From NCBI RefSeq assembly GCF_028641065.1, contig NC_073386.1, positions 55,242,001 to 55,306,000 of the forward strand: a stretch of 64,000 nucleotides of DNA, in the 5' to 3' direction. This document shows positions 37,030 to 48,849 of the stretch, one piece after another. The first letter of the stretch is position 1, and every line of letters begins with the position of its first letter. The DNA comes from Leucoraja erinacea (Eukaryota). The position numbers were made by a program, and so were the translations under genes. The notes under the pieces are model-generated. The model did not search any database. It was given only the letters and a program-made list of their open reading frames with translations, and had not been told where the DNA came from.

Positions 37030-37929
37030 GTCAGCTCCGTGCCAACAACGCGACAGTTTGCATCCGAAATGTTGGCGCAATTTATATACAGGAATCAGTT
37101 TTGAACATTGTGGCTGTAAGCGGCAGATCTTGGAGTGTGTGTATGCGCCCGACGCGACGCCTTTCCCTAATTCCCGGATCGCCGCCCCCAGGACTGCGCA
37201 TCTTGGGTGAGCCTTCAGAAAGGTGCTCGTGGTTCTGGATGAAAGCATCTTCTTCATCACTTAATCCAGAAAATATATATCTCTTACACAGTAAAAAATC
37301 TTGCTCCAATTTCAAAGCGTGGCTTGAGGGAGCTGCAAATCCAAGCAAAAGCTTCCGAAAATAAACCTTCTATAAAAGTGAAAAGTGACAGTAAGAAGAA
37401 ACTCCAGGTCGAACACCGAATTTCTGGCAATTGGTTGTCCGCCCCCTCCTCTAATCCGGCCAAGATCATGAGAGCGCACTTGGAATACCCTCGGATGTGC
37501 CCCCGAGTTTGTGTCGCCTGGGCCGGGGTGAGGCAGTCGGGATATCCGCGGGCATCTCGTTAACTGGCGTCCAAGAAATGCACGTTTTTGCTGGACAATT
37601 AATTTTCATTTAATATATTCATTTTATTTAATTTTCTAGCAGTCCATGCGCTTCTGAGGGGTGGGAGGGGTATATTAAGTCGGTCAGAGGCGTATCGTTG
37701 TACCATTATTACGATCTCCGTTGATTCGGGAAAACCAATAATACAGGAAGTCTCTGGAATTAAGGATGCTGGAAATTCAACGTTCGACCTGTAACTAAAT
37801 GTTCAAAGAAATGCATTTTTGGTTTTAGTCTCGCAGGGGAACTTATACACATTTTGAACACATTCTGGCATAATAAATAAAAAGGTGGGATGTGCCTCGC
37901 CTCCTTCCTTTGTATATGCGTGAAGATTT

Positions 37930-38113
37930 TCAAGATTCAAGATTCAAGAGAGTTTATTGTAATGTGTCCCAGATAGGACAATGAAATTATTGCTTTGCTT
38001 CAGCACAACAGAATATAATAGGCATAAATAAATACAGAACAGAGTATATATATATTGTGTATATACAATTGTATACAATTGTAATTATATATAGAGTATA
38101 TACAATTGTGCTG

Positions 38114-38152
<39 letters not shown>

Positions 38153-38670
38153 TGACATAAATAAACAGATAAAGTGCAATGGGCTATTAATGATCAGAAT
38201 TTTGTTTGAGTTGAGTTTAATAGGCTGATGGCTGTGGGAAAGCAGCTATTCCTGAACCTGGATGCTGCAGATTTCAGGCTCCTGTACCTTCTACCTGAAG
38301 GCAGCGGGGAGATGAGTGAGTGGCCAGGATGGTGTGGGTCCTTGATGATGCTGACAGCCTTTTTGAGACAGCGACTGCGATATATCCCTTCGATGGTAGG
38401 GAGGTCAGAACCGATGATGGACTGGGCAGTGGCTGCAACTTTTTGCAGTCTTTTCCGCTCCTGGACGCTCAAGTTGCTGAACCAGGCCACGATGCAACCG
38501 GTCAGCATGCTCTCCACTGTGCACCTGTAGAAGTTTGAGAGAGTCCTCCTTGACATACCGACTCTTGGTAAAACAATCGGAAGGTTTTTATTGAGGCCAG
38601 TCCTCCACACATCTTTATAAAGTCTGTAACGACTGTGGCGTATTCGTTCAGGTCCGCTGCCGAGTCCCTG
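37930..38670 (-). mobile_element. Rex1/Babar 3' fragment with (TA)n-rich UTR
   Basis: FYRCTVESMLTGCIVAWF...KDPHHPGHSLISPLPSGRRYRSL. Confidence 0.85.
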
Positions 38671-40425
38671 AAATGTTTAAATGTTGTGCAAAAAGGTGAA
38701 CTTTCAGACGGAATTGTCGTCTCCTTTTGACAGATCAAACCTAATTTCCCGACATAACTCCAGCAAATACATTTGAGAATTGCTTCTCAAGACCAGTTAG
38801 TCCAGAATTATGCAGCTCCAGAGGAGAAACAATATCCTTTCTTGCTTTTCGTTCGCCTAGATGCGTGAATTTCTTGTTAAGAGTAATAACCCTTGAAATG
38901 ATGGAAGCACTTTGCAGATCAGGCAGCATCTGTGGAAAGAGAAACAAATGTAACGTTTCAGTTGTACTATGTGCAATGACAATAAAGTTGAATCTAACCT
39001 ATCTAATCTAATCTAATCTAATGAAAGGTTTCAAATACAAAGTTTAACTTTGAAATGTATTCCAAAATTAGCAAGAAACGAATGTACCCGAATTCGTGCG
39101 TGGGAAGGGCTGACATTATCCAGGAGCGGTGTTATGTTCTTCCTCCCACACTTCACCGTGATATCTTTGCACTAAATGTTGTTCCCTCCATCCTTAATAC
39201 GTACAATGTCACCAGCTTGATGTATTCATGTATAGTCTTTGACCGAATAGCACTCAAATAAAAGTATTTCATTGTACCTCGGTACACTGAAATGTTGGTT
39301 CTTGTCTGGATCCAATCCGTGAAAGATTGACAATAAAATAGTAGGGACTGCACAGCGATTAGATTAGTTTAAAAAGTGCCCAGAACCCCGATTATTGATC
39401 TGTTGGTAAGAATTTAAAACCACCAAGACAGATGAGGGTTGAAATACATTAATTAAATAAATAAATGTCGAATTAAATGGGAGGATGTTCATGGAACTAC
39501 CGAACTCGAGTTAGAAAAAATAACATTTGCTTTATTACTGCCTCACCGCGCGTTCCCCTCCGGAACTAAACGCCCAGTGAGACTTTAAAAGTCAAGTGCT
39601 TCCCAACAAGAAGCCCAAACACACACNNNNNNNNNNNNNNNNNNNNNNNNNNNNNNNNNNNNNNNNNNNNNNNNNNNNNNNNNNNNNNNNNNNNNNNNNN
39701 NNNNNNNNNNNNNNNNNNNNNNNNNNNNNNNNNNNNNNNNNNNNNNNNNNNNNNNNNNNNNNNNNNNNNNNNNNNNNNNNNNNNNNNNNNNNNNNNNNNN
39801 NNNNNNNNNNNNNNNNNNNNNNNNNNNNNNNNNNNNNNNNNNNNNNNNNNNNNNNNNNNNNNNNNNNNNNNNNNNNNNNNNNNNNNNNNNNNNNNNNNNN
39901 NNNNNNNNNNNNNNNNNGGCCACAATCCTTGATTGGCCTTTGCTGACTTTACCTTGCACTAAACATTATTCCCATATAGAAACATACAAATTAGGTGCAG
40001 GAGTAGGCCTTTCGGCCCTTCGAGCCTGCACCGCCATTCAATATGATGTGGCTGATCATCCAACTCAGTATCCTGTACCTGCCTTCTCTCCATACCCCCT
40101 GATCCCTTTAGATACAAGGGCCACATCTAACTCCCTCTTAAATATAGCCAATGAACTGACCTCAACTACCTTCTGTGGCAGAGAATTCCACAGATTCACC
40201 ACTCTCTGTGTGAAAAATGTTTTCCTCATATCGGTCCTAAAAGATTTCCCCCTTATCCTTAAACTGGGATCCCTTGTTCTGGACTTCCCCAACATCGGGA
40301 TATCATATATCTACACACTGTAAATGGCTCGATTGTAATCATGTATTGTCTTTCCGCTGACACCGGTTAGCACACAACAAAAGCTTTTGACTGTACCTCG
40401 GTACACGTGACAATAAACTCAACTG

Positions 40426-40756
40426 AAACACACAGACACACATACAGACACACACACACACGCAAACTTACACCGACACACATACAGACACACGTATGCA
40501 CACACTCATACACACACTTACACAGACACACATACAGACACACGTAGGCACACACACACTTACACAGACACACATACAGACACACGTAGGCATACACACA
40601 CACCGACACACATACAGACACACGTAGGCACGCACACACTTACACATGCACACATACAGACACACGTAGGCACACACACACTTACACATGCACACATACA
40701 GACACATGTAGACACACACATATACACACTTACACAGACACACACACAGACACACA
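40426..40756. repeat. CA-rich ~40-bp minisatellite about 50 bp downstream of the GPR88 stop
   Basis: ACACACATACAGACACACGTAGGCACACACACACTTACAC-like units. Confidence 0.9.
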
Positions 40757-40808
40757 TATCGCCGGTAAATCAGCATGTGTAGTTGTAGTTACGTTTGGTT
40801 CCTTGTGG

Positions 40809-41831
40809 TCACCGGGACACTGCGTGTATCGCCGGCTCAGCCTCGACCTCCGCCCTGGACAGGTCGATGCCGAGAACGGTCCGCAGGGACTTCCTGAACT
40901 CCTGGTTCTTGCAGGTGTACACGTAGGGACTGAGGACGAAGAGCAGCGCGAAGGGCAGCCAGGCGAGGTTGCAGAGCAGAGCGGGCACCGGCTCAACCAG
41001 CCCGCAGAGCAACACCCACACCAAGGGCTCGGTGCTCAGCAAGAAGGCGCTCAGCACGAAGGAGACGTACAGGCGCAGTTTCTTGTCCTTCCTGGCGCAC
41101 GGGTAGGACAGGTTGTTGCCGTGGAAGTTGAGCACGCTGACCCTGTTGACGCTGACCTGCACCCGGCGCAGTATTTTGTAGTAGGCGTACAGCAGGACGG
41201 CGGTGTGGGCGAGGATGGAGGCGGCAGTGACTGCCGCAGCGTAGGGGCACAGTGTCAGGGAGCAGGAGCATCCACCACGGGAGGAGGCGGCGGCGAGGCC
41301 CGGGTAGAGCAGGCAAGCGCCGGGTCGGGGACGCCCCAGAGCCGCTGCCATCAGCCAGGGCAGCAGCAGCAGCACGGCAGCCGCTAGCCAGGAGCTGGCG
41401 ATCATTGCAGCCGCGTTCCTTCTGCGGTACAGGTCCCGGTAGGCGGCCGGAGCCTTGGTGATCAACGCGTAGCGGTTCAGGGCGATGAGCGAGTGCGAGA
41501 AGAGAGAGGCGAGCAAGGCAAGGAGCAGCAGCGCGGCGGCCAGCGAGCGCCAAGAGGCCGGGCCAGCAGCTGCCCGAGGCGGCCGAGACAACGCCAATGC
41601 CACCGCCTCCTGGGGCATCCACAGGCCGCACACCAGCAGGTCGGCGGCGCACACGTTGACGATGAAGGCGTTGCTGGCGCTGCGGAGTTTGCGGACCGAG
41701 TACACCAGGTAGATGACCAGGAGGTTCCCCGAGCTCCCGGCCACCGCCAGCAAGGCGTAGGTGACAGCCCAGGAGATGTTCTCGCCCAGCGCTCCGTCGC
41801 AACAGGTGGAAGAGTTGGAAGAGTTGCCCAT
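40809..41831 (-). CDS. GPR88: G protein-coupled receptor 88 (orphan class A GPCR), intronless CDS, 340 aa
   Basis: MGNSSNSS...GNLLVIYLVYSVRKLRSASNAFIVNVCAADLLVCGLWMPQEAV...SHSLIALNRY...RRVQVSVNRVSVLNFH...YTCKNQEFRKSLR matches GPR88 hallmarks (WMPQEAV, NRY, RVSVLNFH); 7 hydrophobic segments; lies next to CDC14A as in other vertebrates. Confidence 0.95.
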   Translation of the reverse strand: MGNSSNSSTCCDGALGENISWAVTYALLAVAGSSGNLLVIYLVYSVRKLRSASNAFIVNVCAADLLVCGLWMPQEAVALALSRPPRAAAGPASWRSLAAALLLLALLASLFSHSLIALNRYALITKAPAAYRDLYRRRNAAAMIASSWLAAAVLLLLPWLMAAALGRPRPGACLLYPGLAAASSRGGCSCSLTLCPYAAAVTAASILAHTAVLLYAYYKILRRVQVSVNRVSVLNFHGNNLSYPCARKDKKLRLYVSFVLSAFLLSTEPLVWVLLCGLVEPVPALLCNLAWLPFALLFVLSPYVYTCKNQEFRKSLRTVLGIDLSRAEVEAEPAIHAVSR

Positions 41832-41845
41832 TCTGCAGACCCCGT

Positions 41846-43421
41846 GTCCCGGTATCTGGGGACTGGAGGTCCCGGTGTCTGGACACTGGAGGTCCCGGTA
41901 TCTGGGGACTGGAGGTCCCGGTGTCTGGGGACTGGAGGTCCCGGTGTCTGGGGACTGGAGGTCCCGGTGTCTGGGCACTGGAGGTCCCGGTGTCTGGGCA
42001 CTGGAGGTGGCGGTGTCTGGGCACTGGAGGTGGCGGTGTCTGGGCACTGGAGGTCCCGGTGTCTGGGCACTGGAGGTGGCGGTGTCTGGGCACGGGAGGT
42101 CCCGGTGTCTGGGCACTGGAGGTCGCGGTGTCTGGGGACTGGAGGTCGCGGTGTCTGGGCACTGGAGGTCCCGGTGTCTGGACACTGGAGGTGGCGGTGT
42201 CTGGGCACTGGAGGTCGCGGTGTCTGGGGACTGGAGGTCGCGGTGTCTGGGCACTGGAGGTCGCGGTGTCTGGGGACGATGGAGGTCGCGGTGTCTGGGC
42301 ACTGGAGTACAGGTCCCGGTGTCTGGGCACTGGGGGTCCCGGTATCTGGGGACTGGAGGTCGCGGTGTCTGGGGACTGGAGGTCCCGGTGTCTGGGGACT
42401 GGAGGTCCCGGTGTCTGGGGACTGGAGGTCGCGGTGTCTGGGCACTGGAGGTCCCGGTGTCTGGGCACTGGAGGTGGCGGTGTCTGGGCACGGGAGGTCC
42501 CGGTGTCTGGGCACTGGAGGTGGCGGTGTCTGGGCACGGGAGGTCCCGGTGTCTGGGCACTGGAGGTCGCGGTGTCTGGGGACTGGAGGTCGCGGTGTCT
42601 GGGCACTGGAGGTCCCGGTGTCCCGGTGTCTGGGCACTGGAGGTCGCGGTGTCTGGGCACTGGAGGTCGCGGTGTCTGGGCACTGGAGGTCCCGGTGTCT
42701 GGGCACTGGAGGTCCCGGTGTCTGGAGCACTGGAGGTCCCGGTGTCTGGGCACTGGAGGTCCCGGTGTCTGGGCACTGGAGGTCCCGGTGTCTGGGCACT
42801 GGAGGTCCCGGTGTCTGGGGACTGGAGGTCCCGGTGTCTGGGGACTGGAGGTCCCGGTGTCTGGGCACTGGAGGTCGCGGTGTCTGGGCACTGGAGGTCA
42901 CGGTGTCTGGGCACTGGAGGTCCCGGTGTCTGGGCACTGGAGGTAGCGGTGTCTGGGCACTGGAGGTCCCGGTGTCTGGGCACTGGAGGTCCCGGTGTCT
43001 GGGGACTGGAGGTCGCGGTGTCTGGGCACTGGAGGTCCCGGTGTCTGGGCACTGGAGGTCCCGGTGTCTGGGCACTGGAGGTCGCGGTGTCTGGGGACTG
43101 GAGGTCGCGGTGTCTGGGGACTGGAGGTCGCGGTGTCTGGGGACTGGAGGTCGCGGTGTCTGGGGGCTGGAGGTCCCGGTGTCTGGGCACTGGAGGTCCC
43201 GGTGTCTGGGGACTGGAGGTCCCGGTGTCTGGGTACTGGACTGGACTGGCGGTCCCGGTGTCTGGGGACTGGAGGTCCCGGTGTCTGGGGACTGGAGGTC
43301 CCGGTATCTGGACACTGGAGGTCCCGGTGTCTGGGCACTGGAGGTCCCGGTGTCTGGGTACTGGAGGTCGCGGTGACTGGACACTGGAGGTCCCGGTGTC
43401 TGGACACTGGAGGTCGCGGTG
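41846..43421. repeat. 23-bp GC-rich minisatellite (CTGGAGGTCCCGGTGTCTGGGCA)x~68 immediately upstream of the GPR88 ATG
   Basis: Tandem units with variants (GGCA/GGGA; TCCC/TCGC/TGGC). Confidence 0.97.
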
Positions 43422-43579
43422 CACCGGCCGCCACTCTCCGCCTTGCAGACCAGGTGGACAGGGTGCCAGCCAGGCGTGTGTGCGCACTCGCCCTCCACTC
43501 CACCCCAGGGGCGCTCAGGTTGCAAACACACACACACACACTTCGCATCGTCTGCGGCAGCAACAGCCCCCGCCCTATC

Positions 43580-43995
43580 ACTAGTGCCAAAGCTACCGTC
43601 ACTCACAGTCCCAATGCCCATGATATTGAAAGTCCCAATGTTCCTGTCGCCCTGTTCCAGTGCCTCTGACACTGGCTGTTCCAGTGTCCCCATCACTGAT
43701 AGTCCAGTGCCTTAACACTCCACAGTGCCCCTCTCACTCAAAGATCCACTGTCCCTCTCACTGTCCCAATGCCTCTCACACTCCCAATGCCCCCGTCACT
43801 AATAGTCCCAGTGCTCTGTTACTCACGGTCCCAATGCCCCTCTCACTCAGTCCCAGGGCCATTTCACTCGAAAACCCAGCCCCCCTGACACTGACAGTCC
43901 CATTATCCCATTCACTAAACTTCCCAGTGCTCCATCACTACGCTCGATTGCACCTATCACCAACATGCTCGCTCGCAAATATTCCCAATGCCTTG
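43580..43995. repeat. Degenerate ~20-bp tandem repeat (CACTCACAGTCCCAATGCCC-like)
   Basis: Recurrent CCCAATGCC / CCAGTGCC motif. Confidence 0.65.
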
Positions 43996-46900
43996 TCATT
44001 ACGTGTCCCAACCTCGTCATCAGTTGTACCCTGTCGGTGAAAAACAGGACATATCTATTCCAGCCATTTCCCAGTAATTGGTTTGCTCTCAGTTATCAAC
44101 AAAGCAAGGAAGGGTGTCAGAGAGAATACTACCACAGGCGAACTCGCCAACAACCTGCTCATTACAGTCCAGCATGTGTTGACCAGGACCACCCTGCTCC
44201 AGAACTCATCACACCATTGTTCCAAATTGTACCACCCTAGCTCAATTCAGAGCTTAGGTGAGAATGGCTTCCTTGCCAAAAATCATTGCATTTAACTGAG
44301 TGTAGCATCAACGAGTCCTGGTAAATCAATGTGCACAAGAGAAAAAAAGTTGGGATTACATCATTATATGATGCGATGTCTGTTCGGGAATCTGGAAACG
44401 ACAGGGGAAAAGCTGTTCCTGAACCTGATGGCACAAGCTGGTTATCTTTTGTAACTTCTGCCCAATATAATAAAGAGGGGAGTGACTGGCCCTTGATTTA
44501 ATGGGCGGGTTTGCCAAGGCAGCTTGAAGTGTAGACGGAGTTGATTGGGGGAGGGGATGGGAGGGAAAGGGGATGGACACATGTCCACAATCCTCTGCAA
44601 ATTTTGTGTAGTCTTGGGCAGATCAGTTGCCAACCCAAGTTGTGTTGCATCCAAGGACGCTCTCTCTAGTGCATCTCTAGAATTTGCTAGGAATTATTGT
44701 GACATGTCGAAGTTACTTAGATTGGTACCCTGTGTGTGACTGAATTCTCTCACCACTGCAATAACATGGTAGCTTAATTTATATGCTCAAATGATGAGAG
44801 TGACCTTAAATTCATCACTTTCAAACAAAGCAGAGAATCTACCATCACTAAACATTTTATGTAAAATCAACATTTATCAATCTTGCAATCTATCAAAAAT
44901 AATCTTCTATTATTTTTGATAGGAGAGCGATCCTTTTCTTATAAATTGCATCTATTTGTTTACAGAAGTTAACAGTTGTCCAGACACCTGGAGTTCTAGT
45001 TAACTTTCGAAAAATTAGTTTTAGTTCAATGGTTTTGATAAGTAACTGGCAAAGATTGCAGCTGACCAGCAAAAACGTGACATGTTGGTATTGGATTCAT
45101 GAAGACATCACCCACCATAAGATCTGCATTGTAGTCCGTTAGTTTGGGCTTTGAGTGCTCAAAGCAGAAGTTTGGGATCAAGAGCCCTCCCAAGCTTTTG
45201 AATGCGACATTAGGTTTTTATTGGAGCAGTTGAACTTTTCCTGAAAAAAAAAGCTGCAGCTACAATGAGTTATCACAGTGTTCTGGAGAGTTGTGCTTCC
45301 TGCGATATTGAACGTGTTCTTAGAACTGAAGCCTTTAATATTTGTGCAGAATTCGATAGGGGTCTCCGACAATGAAGATGCTTCTTGTGACATGATTGGT
45401 AAGATGCTGTGACATGTGCTTCCTGCAGAAGATGCAAACCTCGGTGTCACCACATGTGACCTTCTCCTCAGCTCGTGATAGTAGTGAGGGGTTCCCCTGA
45501 ACGTGCGATTAGCCTTATTCCATGTCTCATTTCGTCAAATACTTGGTGGGTGTCATTAAAGGTGAGTTTCTCTTTGTTGATCATACCATCCTCCATAGAG
45601 TGGGTCAGGGTTCACACCTGAAAGAGAAGCAATCAAATCACAACAAGCAAAACAATAGAGATCAGACAGATGGTGGGCATCTCTACTACATGGATCTACA
45701 CGACCCGTCGAACGAGATGTGGAAAGGCTCATTGAGAAGTGGGGGCTCAAGCTTGTTTCACACCATATATAATTTTCAAATTATTGAAAAGTTCAGAAAA
45801 TTAAAGTGTCACCATCGGCTGCTGTTCTGCAATTGAAAGATGAACATATACAACAGAGACGGCTTAAACTATGACAGCATAACCCAACATTAAGACCATT
45901 GGAGTCATACACGGATAAGGAAACCGTATAACACCTTTACATTAAATATTAACCCACAGAAACATGGGATTTCAATCATTCTGCATATCACGTTTTGAGA
46001 AATCGCTTCCATATTTCACCTATTACTCTTTTTTTCCTCCCTTAGATACAAAATAAATGAAGAAACGAGTTTGAAGTAAAATAAAACATATTTCAAGTTA
46101 TAGAAAAGTTATGATCAACTCACTGGTAACTAACCATGTGCTGGGAAAGATGAAAATTCTGATGCTTAAGATTCTGGAAATCCTGAAATAAAATCTGATG
46201 GAAGGGCATTGGTCTAAACATTAGCGGATGCTCACTCTACAGATGTGGAACCGATTTGCTAACCATAATCTTACAAGCTAACTGTAGCTTAACTGTAACA
46301 TAGTTAAGTTACATGTTATAAAAAAAAGCTATTTCTGCGTTATTTAGGGGCTTTGTTTTTTTAAGTTGCATTGAGATTGATTATATTTTAAAACTTTATA
46401 ATTTTTTATTATTTTTATGTTTCTGTATGTTAGAGCCTTTCAGTGTTCTTGAAAAAAACGTTGAAAACTTTGCTTTCTATTAAAGTATTTCCACTGAACC
46501 ATTGCAGGTGAGGCTTTCCTAGCGCACCCATGTCACGCCATCATACAAGGCTCAAGGCCTTGCTCCTCTGCTCCAGGAAGTCTTGACTGGTGAGATGGGC
46601 CTCCTTTACCATAAGGAAGTAGATTTGAGAGATAGGATGATAGAGGTAGCCAGAACAAGCTGTCTCCTCTCAAGAAAATCCATTGGGAGCAAAGTGGGTC
46701 AAGCATGTGTAGAATCCAATATTATGTTAGGTGACAAAAGAGAAATTGAGGAACATTTGATAATAGCTTATTGAGACAAGAATCCTTTGCAGATTCTACT
46801 ATCAGATTTGAAGGAAGCAGGCACTGGATTTATAAAACATGATTAGTGGGGTATTTGTCTCATCTGGTAGTGGGTTCTGAAATGACTGGCGAAGTCAAAG

Positions 46901-47699
46901 TGGGATCCACAGGATCCACCATAACTGAAACATGAAGTAGGTAGACCGATAGTTTGTGGGGTGGTGACTTCTTGCCTCATTCACACCTGATATACAAACC
47001 TGAGGTTTCGACCTGAAACGTCATCTATTCCTTCACTCCATAGATGCTGCCTCCCCATCTGAGTTTCTCCAGCATTTTTATCTACCTTCCCAGTAGCATG
47101 CTCATTTTACATTTTGAGTTCCAACCAACCAGTGATTCCAAAGAATCAAGGGGGGGCATTTACTTTTGTAAGGAGGCTTTTAGTACATCCTTGAAGGTTT
47201 TCCTCTGTTCATCGGATAATTTGCCAGATTTTACAGAGGCAGCATTAGTTTTCTCTCTTGTGCATTAAGGTCCCTGCTATAAGTAATTTTAAGTCTCAGA
47301 ATTATACACACGGTGCGTATGACTGCTACCTGATAAAACAGGAGCTTTTTCTCATTTGATCTTCAAATACTCTTGCCATATGATGTTCAAAGACTGCTCT
47401 GGAACACTGAAAGGTAGGTGAATTAGAACATTGATGCCTGCCCTCTGTCCATAATGAGTTAAGTGAACCCAAAGTAATGGGAAGGAATTACTGTTTTCCA
47501 GGGAATCATCTCTTACGAAACTGATTTGTGTCTGATCAAATTTTTTGAAGAAGCCAAAAAGGTTAGAACAGGCTGGAGTAACTAAGCAGGTCAGGCAGCA
47601 TCTCTGGAGGACATGCTTAGGTGAAGTTTCAGGTCGTGACCCCTTCTTCAGATGAGGGCAAAGCCATAGATGTTGTCTACATAGACTTCCGCAAGGCAT

Positions 47700-47945
47700 T
47701 TGAGCAAAATATGAAGTGCTGCTCCTCCAATTTGCGCTGGGCTTCACTCTGACAATGGAGGAGGCCCAGGACGGAAAGGTCAGATTGGGAATGGGAGGGG
47801 GAGTTAAAGTGCTGAATAACTGGGAGATCAGGTAGGTTAAGACGGACTGAGCGTAGGTGTTCAGCGAAACGATCGCCAAGCCTGAGCTTGGTCTCGCCGA
47901 TGTACAGAAGTTGTCAGCTGGAACAACGGATACAGTAGATGAGGT
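47700..47945 (-). mobile_element. Penelope GIY-YIG fragment inside an old CR1 (a similar fragment lies at about 12300-12540)
   Basis: IYCIRCSS..LLYIGETKLRLGDRFAEHLRSV...KLEEQHFIF. Confidence 0.8.
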
Positions 47946-48849
47946 AGATGAGTACTGAACACCTCTGCTCAGTTTACCCAGGGTTTGGGAACAAAGAACT
48001 AGAGGACATAGGCTTAAGTTGAGTAGGAAAAGATTTAACAGGAACCTGAGGACAACATTTCACACAGAGGGTAGTGGGTTTATGGACCGAGTTGCAGGAG
48101 ATAGTTGAGGCAGGTACTAGAACAAAATTTCAAAAACATTTGGACAGGTGCATGGAGGGGAATGGTTTAGAGGAATGTGTGCCAAATGTGGGCAGGTGGA
48201 ATTAGTGTAGATGAAACATCTTGTTTGGCACGAAGTTGGGGTGAAGAGGCCATTTCAGTGCTTTACGACTGTGAATCATTGTGGACCTTTGGCCTCAGGT
48301 AGCACAGGTGGCAGATTAGTAAAGCACCTTTGTCTGCTGATATCAAGTAAAAGATCCATCCCTTTATCCTTCATTAAGGTGACAGGGGAAACATTTAATA
48401 GGAACATGAGGGGCAACTATTCCACAGAGGATGGTGGGTGTATGGTATTACTGCCAGAGGAACGAGGCAGGGACAATAAAAATGCATTTGGACAGGCACA
48501 TGGTTTAGAGGGATATGGGTCAAACATGGGCAAACTGAACTAGCTTTGATTGCATTGGTCAGCGTGGATGAGTTGTTTCCTTGCTGTATGATACGGATTT
48601 TGAATTATTCCAAATACATATTTACATGCATCACCTGCAACCACAGCTTGAACAGAGGTTGGGAAAATGTTGGTTCTGGAGTAAAAAGCATTTTACAAAA
48701 TTGCCCTGGATATGGGACCTTATCAAAACCTTTACTGTAATTCATCTAGACTACCTAACCACATTACCCTTATTGACCCCCTTTGTTAAGTCTTTGAAAA
48801 TTGAACCAAAGATACAGGTTTACTCTGGTTATTAGACAAATAATTAAAT

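Noticed and set aside
41846-43421. CRISPR-like regular repeat (also 19729-20100 and 22638-22817)
   Set aside because: Head-to-tail tandem units with no unique spacers, no cas genes, vertebrate context.
40809-43487. 892-aa ORF as a giant GPCR with a repeat N-terminus
   Set aside because: It starts at GTG and the first 550 codons are a stop-free minisatellite; homology to GPR88 begins at the ATG at 41831.
41493-43696. Several 200-740 aa ORFs on both strands
   Set aside because: By-products of a 23-bp unit lacking stop codons; the same three peptides rotate through all frames.
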